A stretch of 25,394 bases of DNA, taken from NCBI RefSeq assembly GCF_006345805.1, contig NW_021836106.1, positions 1 to 25,394 of the forward strand, given 5' to 3'. The notes under the pieces are model-generated. The model was not told the origin of the DNA. It saw only the letters and a list, made by a program, of their open reading frames with translations, and did no database searches. Position numbers and translations under genes: made by a program. The stretch comes from Octopus sinensis. Taxonomy: Eukaryota. Positions 11,369 to 22,089 of the stretch are shown here, piece after piece (position 1 is the stretch's first letter; each line of letters begins with the position of its first letter).

Positions 11369-11776
11369 TGAGTGAGCGAGCAGAGCATGCCATCAAAGTG
11401 ACACTGGTGTAAAATAAACGAGGCCCAATATACCCATCATGACTACCCGTCTGATAAGGGCACACCAGGCACATGCATCACAACCATATGTGCGCGGCAT
11501 GGTGATCTTATATCATGATAAACTGCACATGACCTTGCAGGTGGGGCCCAGTTAGAATTTTCTTCAGGTTGAGTAGCCAATCCCGCTCAAACGGTCCCTG
11601 AATAAGGGTTGTTTAAGGATGTTGAAAAACCCACCCCTGTCTCCAGAGGTGAATTATTCAAACCCCAAAGAATCCCTCTCGACACATGGCTATGATGCTC
11701 CCCCACTACTTCTGCTCGTGATCAGAGATGCACATATCGTCAGCCACTAAGGGACATGCTCAACTGGTTAAGGTCA
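11369..11776 (-). mobile_element. Retroposed interspersed repeat with an (AAT)n tail, inserted in an (ATT)n array
   Basis: About 410 bp, GC-richer, bounded by (ATT)n on both sides; the minus strand ends ...GCTCACTCAATAATAAT. It resembles a recalled high-copy octopus repeat; no Pol III boxes seen. Confidence 0.6.
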
Positions 11777-11880
11777 TTATTAAGGTCATTATTAAGGTTA
11801 TTATTATTATTGTTATTATTATTATTATTGTTATTATTATTATTGTTATTATTATTGTTATTATTATTATTAATATTATT
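11777..11880. repeat. (ATT)n/(GTT) microsatellite
   Basis: Directly visible; source of the poly-Leu and poly-Asn ORFs. Confidence 0.95.
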
Positions 11881-11883
11881 CGG

Positions 11884-11978
11884 GCGGCCAGCTGGCGGGA
11901 TCGTTAGCGCGCTGGACAAAGTGCCCGTCGCTACGTTCTGTGATTGAATTCCACCGAAGTCGTCGTTACCTTTCATCA
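11884..11978 (+). mobile_element. Old family A SINE remnant
   Basis: GGCGGCCAGCTGGCGGGATCGTTAGCGCGCTGGACAAA head and ACCTTTCATC core remnant. Confidence 0.65.
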
Positions 11979-12180
11979 ATCCTTATACTTGTAATATACA
12001 AGATTTTTATTATTATCATATCTGTATAAGAATTGTTGGCTCTCTTTATAAACCCATCTCTCTCACTCTCTGCGTCTATCTACCCACTCATATACCTATT
12101 GACAATTTATATCGATTTCTATTACTATCAATTGTGCTACCAGTATTTCAATCTTCATGGAAATTTGAATTTTATGTAAA

Positions 12181-12307
12181 TGTGTGTGTGTGTGTATGTG
12201 TGTATGTATGTTTGTGTGGTGTGTATATAATATATACTTATGCATATATATATACATATATACACACACACATATATATTTATATATATACATACACATA
12301 CACACAC

Positions 12308-12347
<40 letters not shown>

Positions 12348-12359
12348 TTATATATATAT
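12181..12359. repeat. Compound (TG)n/(TA)n/(CA)n microsatellite forming the left flank of the PLE insertion
   Basis: Directly visible. Confidence 0.9.
12346..12359 (+). repeat. Candidate left target-site duplication ATTTATATATATAT
   Basis: The identical 14-mer lies at 16418-16431, directly after the right arm. It is low complexity, but the TTT interruption is shared. Confidence 0.5.
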
Positions 12360-12570
12360 TATGTGAAATAGAAAGATGAATAATCTTGTAGTAGATTAAT
12401 CAAAAGTTTAACCGATACCTTAGTAGCAAAAATCACAGCAGTGAACAGCACGGTTGGAGGTACAACCATCTGGCGTTGCAACCGTGCGTTGGTGCGGATA
12501 ATTGAAATTAAAACATTATTGGTGAATTGAAGAAATGGAGCTGAACGCAGATTGAACAGAAATCGTTTTA

Positions 12571-12659
12571 TTTCATTCTACACGTGTTTCGAAAGGCACA
12601 AATTACCAAAATCCGATTGAATAATGGGACCATATTGTGTCTTTCTCTTCAGGAAGAAA
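12571..12659 (-). ncRNA. Type I hammerhead ribozyme, left-arm copy
   Basis: Exact reverse complement of 16273-16361; predicted cleavage between 12579 and 12578. Confidence 0.82.
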
Positions 12660-13274
12660 AAAGGAAATCCGTTGGAAAAACAAAAACAGAACAGAGGCAG
12701 AGCAAAAAACAAATCGAACTGTGCTCCTAAGAGCCCATGGCGAAACTGTTTATCAGTGTATGTTGAGAACCGGTGGCTGAAGAATTCAACAGTCAGGCAT
12801 CGGTCAAACATGTGGGTGAGGGTGTATAGATGTTCTTTGTGACCGAGAATAAAGTTCTGACTATTTAAAGAATATTGGATGTTTTATAAGGGGCGAGAAA
12901 AAATCTACTTAGAGACGTGTGTGTGTGTATACTGTTCTATATATGTGTGTGTTGGCGTAGGGGTAGAAAACATTTTTTGTGTACGTGTGTGCGTTTGATC
13001 GTTCGGCTGTCAGTGGCTACTGCCGTGATAACCGTTGGGTGGCAGAAAGAAAAAAATAAAGAAATTATATATATATATTTTTTATGTTTTATGTGTGTGT
13101 GTGTGTGTGTGTTCATCTAAGCCTACCTTGACAAGGAAACCCCCCGCTGTGAAAAAACAAGCCCCGTTTGTCTTACAGGAGTAATTTCCCTTGCAGTGGT
13201 TAATTGTAGATATCTTAAAATCTATTTCAGAATTTGTTACCAAGGGCTATGGGTGCCGGTCTTATTTATAAACG

Positions 13275-14464
13275 CTATTTAAAGGCCAGATAAGTGTAAC
13301 GCCGCCAATGGGGGCATCGAAAAGCCGACTGTAAGAGCCCGTTTACCATCCGGCCTCTGGCAAACAAAATATGGAAGAGTTCGGAGACACAAAGGTTGCA
13401 CTGTCTTCTGCCCCTATCAAATGGGAGGGCCACCGACAAAATTGACCATTCCAGCCTATAGCTTAAGTTCGCATCCTTCAGTCGCCATATTAGCTTACTG
13501 AGTCCCGTGGTCTGGCGCTTGTTCACGTCCCGAAAAGTTGCGTAATGGTTGGAGACACGCAAAGACAATCTTGAGGATGATGCCCCTATATAAGTGAAGG
13601 CATCTGAGTCCGTGTAAACCTTGCATTGGTAGACGGCGTTTCTGATCTTGGAGTTCGCCGACGTGAATCTACTCTGCTAGGATTGGTTTCTGAAATTAGA
13701 ACTGCGTTCCTGTCACTATATTCGTTCCGAGACCTGCAGCCGCTTACTACTCTATTTTCCACTACGTCACTATTAACTATAGGAATAACCCCTGATTCTC
13801 CACTATCTATCAGAGTGCTGTCATTGCTACTGCCCGTGGTACTGCTATTGCGGGAATGATGCTGGGGATGCTAAAGGGGCTCTCTACCCTACTCCCATTG
13901 TTACCATCAACCACAACACCCCTATTTATAACTATACCCCTAGTGGGTACTCCCTGGCTGGAGCTGAGATTATGTGTCACTGTACTGGCTCTCATATCAT
14001 TATTACTACTATAATTATTCCTACTGAGCATTAAACCGGGAGCGGAAGAGGCTGTGCCTCCGGAAAAAGGTGATAGGGTCTTAGTAAGTAGCCTATTATT
14101 ATGGGAGGCGATTATCTGGGCGAGGTTTTTAGTGTTGGAGAAAGCTATCCTAACTTTATGTGAGTTAACCGTGGAGTAATATTTGGAATTTCTGGGGAAG
14201 TTATTGGCGATGGCTTGTCAAACATGAGGGGGAGGTTAGTTCTAATCTGCTTACCAAAGGGGATTACAAACCATATATGCTTTCCTATCAGTGTGATGGG
14301 TCGGGACGCCAGCTCTCGCATTTGGGTGGGTGATTCTCGGATGAATAACGGGTCTTGGGTTAGTGTAAGACCTCCCGGACCGATAATTATCCTTGTTCGC
14401 TAAATTAAATGCGGGAGCGACTACCCCGGTATCCGCCGCGCTCCCGTCCTTACTTAAAATGTTA
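13275..14464 (-). pseudogene. 5'-truncated PLE ORF, left arm (post-RT region, S/N-rich insert, GIY-YIG endonuclease), frameshifted as assembled
   Basis: Track ORFs 13275..13568 and 13810..14031 plus manual translation: HIWFVIPFGKQIRTNLPLMF, KVRIAFSNTKNLAQIIASHNNRLL, GLSKLIWRLKDANLSYRLEWSIL, CNLCVSELFHIL, CPH. Confidence 0.82.
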
Positions 14465-14471
14465 ATAACAT

Positions 14472-15660
14472 TAACATTTTAAGTAAGGACGGGAGCGCGG
14501 CGGATACCGGGTAGTCGCTCCCGCATTTAATTTAGCGAACAGGATAATTATCGGTCCGGGAGGTCTTACACTAACCCAAGACCCGTTATTCATCCGAGAA
14601 TCACCCACCCAAATGCGAGAGCTGGCGTCCCGACCCATCACACTGATAGGAATAAGCATATATGGTTTGTAATCCCCTTTGGTAAGCAGATTAGAACTAA
14701 CCTCCCCCTCATGTTTACAAGCCATCGCCATATGCCAAACTTCCCCAGAAATTCAAATATTACTCCACGGTTAACTCACATAAGTTAGATAGCTTTCTCC
14801 AACACTAAAAACCTCGCCCAGATAATCGCCTCCCATAATAATAGGCTACTTACTAAGACCCTATCACCTTTTTCCGGAGGCACAGCCTCTTCCGCTCCCG
14901 GTTTAATGCTCAGTAGGAATAATTATAGTAGTAATAATGATATGAGAGCCAGTACAGTGACACATAATCTCAGCTCCAGCCAGGGAGTACCCACTAGGGG
15001 TATAGTTATAAATAGGGGTGTTGTGGTTGATGGTAACAATGGGAGTAGGGTAGAGAGCCCCTTTAGCATCCCCAGCATCATTTCCCGCAATAGCAGTACC
15101 ACGGGTAGTAGCAATGACAGCACTCTGATAGATAGTGGAGAATCAGGGTTATTCCTATAGTTAATAGTGACGTAGTGGAAAATAGAGTAGTAAGCGGCTG
15201 CAGGTCTCGGAACGAATATAGTGACAGGAACGCAGTTCTAATTTCAGAAACCAATCCTAGCAGAGTAAGATTCACGTCGGCGAACTCCAAGATCAGAAAC
15301 GCCGTCTACCAATGCAAGGTTTACACGGACTCAGATGCCTTCACTTATATAGGGGCATCATCCTCAAGATTGTCTTTGCGTGTCTCCAACCATTACGCAA
15401 CTTTTCGGGACGTGAACAAGCGCCAGACCACGGGACTCAGTAAGCTAATATGGCGACTGAAGGATGCGAACTTAGCTATAGCTGGAATGGTCAATTTTGT
15501 CGGTGGCCCTCCATTTGATAGGGGCAGAAGACAGTGCAACCTTTGTGTCTCCGAACTCTTCCATATTTTGTTTGCCAGAGGCCGGATGGTAAACGGGCTC
15601 TTACAGTCGGCTTTTCGATGCCCCCATTGGCGGCGTTACACTTATCTGGCCTTTAAATAG
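14472..15660 (+). pseudogene. 5'-truncated PLE ORF, right arm (post-RT region, S/N-rich insert, GIY-YIG endonuclease), frameshifted as assembled
   Basis: Track ORFs 14906..15160 and 15175..15660. GIY-YIG at 15292-15660: AVYQCKV...YIGASS...R...H...CNLCVSE...N...CPH, stop at 15658-15660. Confidence 0.82.
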
Positions 15661-16272
15661 CGTTTATAAATAAGACCGGCACCCATAGCCCTTGGTAACA
15701 ATTCTGAAATAGATTTTAAGATATCTACAATTAACCACTGCAAGGGAAATTACTCCTGTAAGACAAACGGGGCTTGTTTTTTCACAGCGGGGGGTTTCCT
15801 GTCAAGGTAGGCTTAGATGAACACACACACACACACACACATAAAACATAAAAAATATATATATATAATTTCTTTATTTTTTCTTTCTGCCACCCAACGG
15901 TTATCACGGCAGTAGCCACTGACAGCCGAACGATCAACGCACACACGTACACAAAAAATGTTTTCTACCCCTACGCCAACACACACATATATAGAACAGT
16001 ATACACACACACACGTCTCTAAGTAGATTTTTTCTCGCCCCTTATAAAACATCCAATATTCTTTAAATAGTCAGAACTTTATTCTCGGTCACAAAGAACA
16101 TCTATACACCCTCACCCACATGTTTGACCGATGCCTGACCTGTTGAATTTTTCAGCCACCGGTTCTCAACATACACTGATAAACAGTTTCGCCATGGGCT
16201 CTTAGGAGCACAGTTCGATTTGTTTTTTGCTCTGCCTCTGTTCTGTTTTTGTTTTTCCAACGGATTTCCTTT

Positions 16273-16361
16273 TTTCTTCCTGAAGAGAAAGACACAATAT
16301 GGTCCCATTATTCAATCGGATTTTGGTAATTTGTGCCTTTCGAAACACGTGTAGAATGAAA
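16273..16361 (+). ncRNA. Type I hammerhead ribozyme in the PLE 3' UTR, right-arm copy
   Basis: Stem I UUUCUUC/GAA(U)GAAA; core CUGAAGA at 16280-16286; stem II GAAAGACACAA/UUGUGCCUUUC (10 of 11 paired); GAAA at 16342-16345; palindromic stem III ACACGUGU; cleavage triplet GUA at 16351-16353; AATAAA follows. Confidence 0.82.
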
Positions 16362-16417
16362 TAAAACGATTTCTGTTCAATCTGCGTTCAGCTCCATTTC
16401 TTCAATTCACCAATAAT

Positions 16418-16431
16418 ATTTATATATATAT
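16418..16431 (+). repeat. Candidate right target-site duplication ATTTATATATATAT
   Basis: Identical to 12346-12359. Confidence 0.5.
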
Positions 16432-16568
16432 ATACATATGTGTATACGTATGTGTGAGTCATAAAATACTCATATTTACTCTTTAGTTACTATTTATATC
16501 TGACATATATTTGGAAATATATTCGCACGCATGCACGCACGAACACACGCACACGTGTGCACATGAAT

Positions 16569-16610
16569 ACTTAATCATGCACACTTAATCATGCACACTT
16601 AATCATGCAC
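16569..16610 (+). repeat. Minisatellite (ACTTAATCATGCAC)x3
   Basis: Three exact 14-bp units. Confidence 0.95.
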
Positions 16611-19228
16611 ACATATATATATAAAACAGCATCAATGTCCACATATATTGCTGAGGATTACAGTTTATCCTGTTATGGAGGCTTATAAAGTTAATTTTAT
16701 AAATATCACCAATATATTTCTGTTTGGAAAAACGGAATACTAATTACAATGTTAAACCGCCACTTTTAAGAAAGCAATTAACGGCTTCAATTATTGATTA
16801 AACAGTACTCAAACAATTCCGTTTGTCTGCACGGAGAGCTAAGCTAAAAGCTTCTTAGAAAACCATAGCCGGTAAAGATACCATTTTATTCATTCAAAAG
16901 TTCTTTCAACTTTGTCAATAATCAGTTCCTCGTCGAAAGCACTAGCGACATCCTCCTTCCCCCCCCCCTCATTTAATGTATCGTATATCCTAATAACACA
17001 ATGTTTATACCTCAAATATAATGTGTGTCCCCGTAAGCATGAATGCCTATTTAGTTAAAAAGTTATAATAATTATATAGCTGAGGTGTGGACATCAGTTC
17101 TAATTTCACACTTTAAAGGAGCAGAAATATCATATCCAGAATTAACTACGTTTATAATTGCATGGCAAATTCAATTCAGCGTAAATCTAAACCGCATTTT
17201 ATTGAACATTGCTGAATGTTTTCTTTTGAATGATTTCAGACTATAATTTAATGTGAGCGAAATGATTAATTCAAGGAAAAAGGGACATTTTATTGGTGGA
17301 AATTTACAATATCTGTATCTGTCGTGAGAACCACTATGTAAATAATTTTACTAACAACAGATACTAATTTTGAATTTGTTTATAGAAAATATAAATTCAG
17401 TAAAATTTCTAAATACTAGAAACAGCCATTATATATATTTTTTAATTTTTTATATTCTCTGGAGAAAGGTGTGAGAGAATTGCCTCGTAAATCGAAGGAC
17501 CATTGAAATAAATGAGGTTAGTGTTGTTGATGTTCTCAAATTAATACAAATGTACTAATTCACGAACATTATGGATAGTTGACATTTTAGGGACTGTGAG
17601 TCTGTTTAGGTTAGGAACAATGATGTGTTGTTGACAGAAAACCAGGAGGGGGAAATGAGGAAAGACTACTGACTTATCAGGTGAGCCTAAGTGAAAATGG
17701 TTCTTGAACAACCAGCAACAATGAGAGGGAATCAATTATGTAGCAGTAGAAAAATTTGAATCACACGAAAACATGTCAGTATGTAAGTAGGACGAGAGAT
17801 AAGTTTTATTAAGCATTTCGATGTTATGCAATCGCGTAACCTCTTTTATAAATAGGAGTTTTAATAAAACCTTATGTGGAGCGGCAGTATCATTCAAGTT
17901 ATGGGAGCAATACTCCATTTGGCGCTTTTTTCAGTGCCTTTATATCTCTTCCGGTTACCTTTTACATTTTTCTATCCTTAAAATCTTACGTGACCTGCCT
18001 AATTTAAAACATACCAAACTTTGTACAGTAATCCATCGACTATCGCCAATGTTACATTCTAAAACCACCCCACCGCGATAGGTGAAAATTCGCGAAATAG
18101 AACCAGTACATTACTGTACATTTTTTATTATTACTTTAAAAATTTGTATATATTCCTTTTATTACAAATGCAAAACAATACCACACACTCTCCTCCTGAG
18201 TTTCGTTATCCATACCATTTGTAGGATTCTTTACTCATCTACGATTCTCTGCGTATTTTCTTTTGATATATTTTACCTCATGTGTTATAAAGTGCAGTGC
18301 TATACTGTATTTCTATTTATCAATTTATTAATTTTTAGGCATGAAAATGCTTATTTTAATACAGAAATAATTAAAATCTATACAAAATATAAATACCCAT
18401 CGGCTACAGAAACTCACGATATACTGAGGAGTCCGCGATATAAATTTATATTAGCCAGACAGATCCACAATGTATTGAGGTTGCGATAGGTGAGCTGCGA
18501 TATGGCGAGTGCTTACTGTAATTCTAGTCGGATTCTAACTGCAACATTGTTCTTAAATCTGTGAAAGAGAAAGATGATTTACATAATCTAATTAAATTCG
18601 AAGCCTCAAAAATTCTTCACAGTAGTCTCAGTCTTTCATGCATTCATATCTTCGCTAAATGCAGGAAATTTGAACGAGGCTTATGGTATTTTTACTGATG
18701 TTTTCCCGTATGGTGATATTTTTTTCTTTTAGCAAATAGTAGCTTGAAATCAGTTTAATTATACAATTAACGTCAGATAATAAGGCCAATAGCATATCAT
18801 TATGGCTCTAAGATTCCTGATTCCGCCATACTGTTCCATACAATAATAGCAAAGTGTTCCTCACCGCACATGATTTTCAAAGAGCACGGCATTAAAATTA
18901 TCTATATAATATGAGAGCGAAATGTTTATGGATAATACTATTGATACGTTATCGTAGATTCAATCAAAGGTAAAATATAGGCCTCTTCACGTAACACTTC
19001 TAATCCATCATATTACTTTTCAAGAAAAAGTATTGCTTATGTGCCCAGAATTATTTCGCTTACCTGGTGCACACGCACTGGAGAGGTTATATACATTTTA
19101 TTGTATACAAACATCTCACTCCCCGTTTTCTATACGAAGATATACTGATGTATAAACACACACTACACTCATATAGACTCGTACGTATATGCATGAGAAA
19201 ATATTTAAGTATAAAAATATGTAAAAAC

Positions 19229-19373
19229 AAGGCCCGAAATCTTGGGAGAGGGGGCCAGTCAATTAGATGATCCAGTACACAACTGGTACATAATTCATCA
19301 ACCCCGAAAGGATGAAAGGCAAAGTCATCCTCGGCAGAATTTGCACTAAGAACGTAAAGACAGACGAAATACC
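19229..19373 (-). mobile_element. SINE family A, 5'-truncated, tail type 2
   Basis: The minus strand has GGTATTTCGTCTGTCTTTACGTTCT, GACTTTGCCTTTCATCCTTTCGGGGTTGATG and CCCAAGATTTCGGGCCTT. Confidence 0.85.
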
Positions 19374-19590
19374 TTTTTTATGTTTTTGTTTTTATGTTTT
19401 CGTTTCTCATTGTGTTCAACGGTTTTTGTTTGATGTCCGGTACCCATATATGCATGTATATATACATATATATGTATGTATATATGCATATATTCATATA
19501 TTATTTAGACTATTATATGATCGAACGCCACGCACGCTTTTCCTAATAAATTTTATCTATCTATCTGGCTATCTATCTATCTCTCCACTC

Positions 19591-19661
19591 TATATAATAT
19601 ATATTATATATATATATATACATACATATATACATACATATATATATATATAATACATTAC

Positions 19662-19707
<46 letters not shown>

Positions 19708-20123
19708 TATACATAATATATAGATTACATATAATATATATACATATATATATATATAACATATATATATATATAATATATATATATAATACATATATAT
19801 ATATATAATATATATATAGATATATATATATACTATATATATATACATATTAATATATACATATATATATATATACATATATATAATATATACATATATA
19901 TATATACATATATATATATACTATATATATATATACATATATATATATATAATATATATATATACATATATATATATACACATATATTATACACATATAT
20001 ATATAGACCAATATATATACATATAATATAATACATATATATATATTATATATATATATACATATATATCATAATATATATATACACATATATTATATAC
20101 ACATGTATATATATACATAGATA

Positions 20124-20156
<33 letters not shown>

Positions 20157-20782
20157 CAATATATATATAATAATATATATATACCATATATATATAATAC
20201 ATATATATATATATACATATATATATATACATATATAATATTAAATATATATATATATACAGTATATATATATATATACATATATATACATATACATATA
20301 TATAACATATACATAATATAATATATCATATATATAATATAGATTAAATTAACATATAATAACATATATATATAATACATATAAATATATATCATATACA
20401 TATATATATATACACATATAAATTATATAACATATATATATATACATATATATATATAACATATATCTATCTATTACTATATATATATATACATATATAT
20501 ATCTTATATCATATATATATATACATATATATTATACACATATAATATATACAATATATATATTACATATATATATATACATATATATATATTACATATA
20601 TATATATATACATATATATATAATATACATAATATATAACATATATATATATATTACATATATATATCTATATACCATATATATATATATACATAATATA
20701 TATATACATATATATATATACTATAGTATATATACATATATATATATATACATATAATATATACATATATATATATATACAT

Positions 20783-20813
<31 letters not shown>

Positions 20814-20917
20814 TATACATAGATTATATATATACATATATATATATATACATATATATATATCTATATATATATATATTATATATATATATATTATATA
20901 TATATACATATATATAA

Positions 20918-20950
<33 letters not shown>

Positions 20951-20987
20951 CCATATATATATATACATATATATATATATACACTAA

Positions 20988-21018
<31 letters not shown>

Positions 21019-21232
21019 TAGTATACATATAATACATATATATAGATATATATTAGAATATATATATATATATATATACATATATTATATATATACATAT
21101 CTATTATATATATATACATATATATATATATCTATATATATATATATACATATATATAATATATATATATATATATACATATATATATAGATACATATAT
21201 ATATATATATATATACATAATATAATATATAT

Positions 21233-21267
<35 letters not shown>

Positions 21268-21270
21268 CTT

Positions 21271-21302
<32 letters not shown>

Positions 21303-21347
21303 CATATATATATAACATATACATTATATATACTATATATCTACATA

Positions 21348-21381
<34 letters not shown>

Positions 21382-21598
21382 GACATATATATATATATAT
21401 AATATATATATACATATCTATATATATTATTAAATATATATAATATATATATATATAGTTATATATAAATATTAGATATATATAGAATATAATATATTAT
21501 ATATACATATCGATATATATATATAATATATACATATATATATATATTATATATATATACATATATATCTATATATATATACATATATCTATATAATA

Positions 21599-21644
<46 letters not shown>

Positions 21645-21719
21645 CATATATAATATAGATATATATATATTATATACATATCATTATATAATATATATAT
21701 ACTATATATAATATATCCA

Positions 21720-21750
<31 letters not shown>

Positions 21751-22054
21751 CTATACATATATATTATATATAATATATATATACATATATATATATAATA
21801 TATATATATACATATATATATATACATATATATATAGACATATATATATATACATATATATATATACATATATAATATACAGATATATATAACATTATAT
21901 ATATATACATATATATATATCTATCTATATACATATATATATATATATATCTATATCCATATATATATATATATATATATCTATATATTACATATCATAT
22001 ATATACATATATATCTATATATATAGTTAGATATTATCTCCATATAGATCTATC

Positions 22055-22089
<35 letters not shown>

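Larger units (their letters stand above)
12360..16417. mobile_element. Penelope-like retroelement (C-terminal GIY-YIG, probably Neptune-type) arranged as a 5'-truncated fold-back inverted duplication
   Basis: Arms 12515-14465 and 14471-16417 are reverse complements around the spacer TAACA. Each has a PLE ORF remnant and a 3' hammerhead. The left arm extends 155 bp further, to 12360. Confidence 0.85.

Noticed and set aside
12578-13120. ORFs in the PLE 3' UTR (MGPYCVFLF..., MCVCILF... and mirrors at 15813-16308)
   Set aside because: They overlap the hammerhead and (CA)n, have no recognisable motifs, and differ between arms by frameshifts.
13626-15290. Antisense ORFs in the PLE arms (13626..13859, 14215..14403, 14471..14731, 14923..15123, 15078..15290)
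   Set aside because: They are shadow frames of the PLE ORF, duplicated by the inverted repeat.
15661-16270. Possible SECIS element, as reported for some selenoprotein-coding PLEs
   Set aside because: No AUGA/GA quartet with an apical AA was found, and the reconstructed frame has no confirmed in-frame UGA.
16569-16610. CRISPR-like or regulatory array
   Set aside because: Spacerless 14-bp tandem repeat in eukaryotic DNA; an ordinary minisatellite.
18082-18489. 135-aa ORF, and the similar 2169..2540 and 3859..4179 ORFs
   Set aside because: AT-rich low-information translations with non-ATG starts, no motifs and no consistent splice structure.
19374-19450. T-rich segment resembling a PLE terminal-repeat 3' tail before (TA)n
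   Set aside because: No hammerhead core or second copy in the window to support it.
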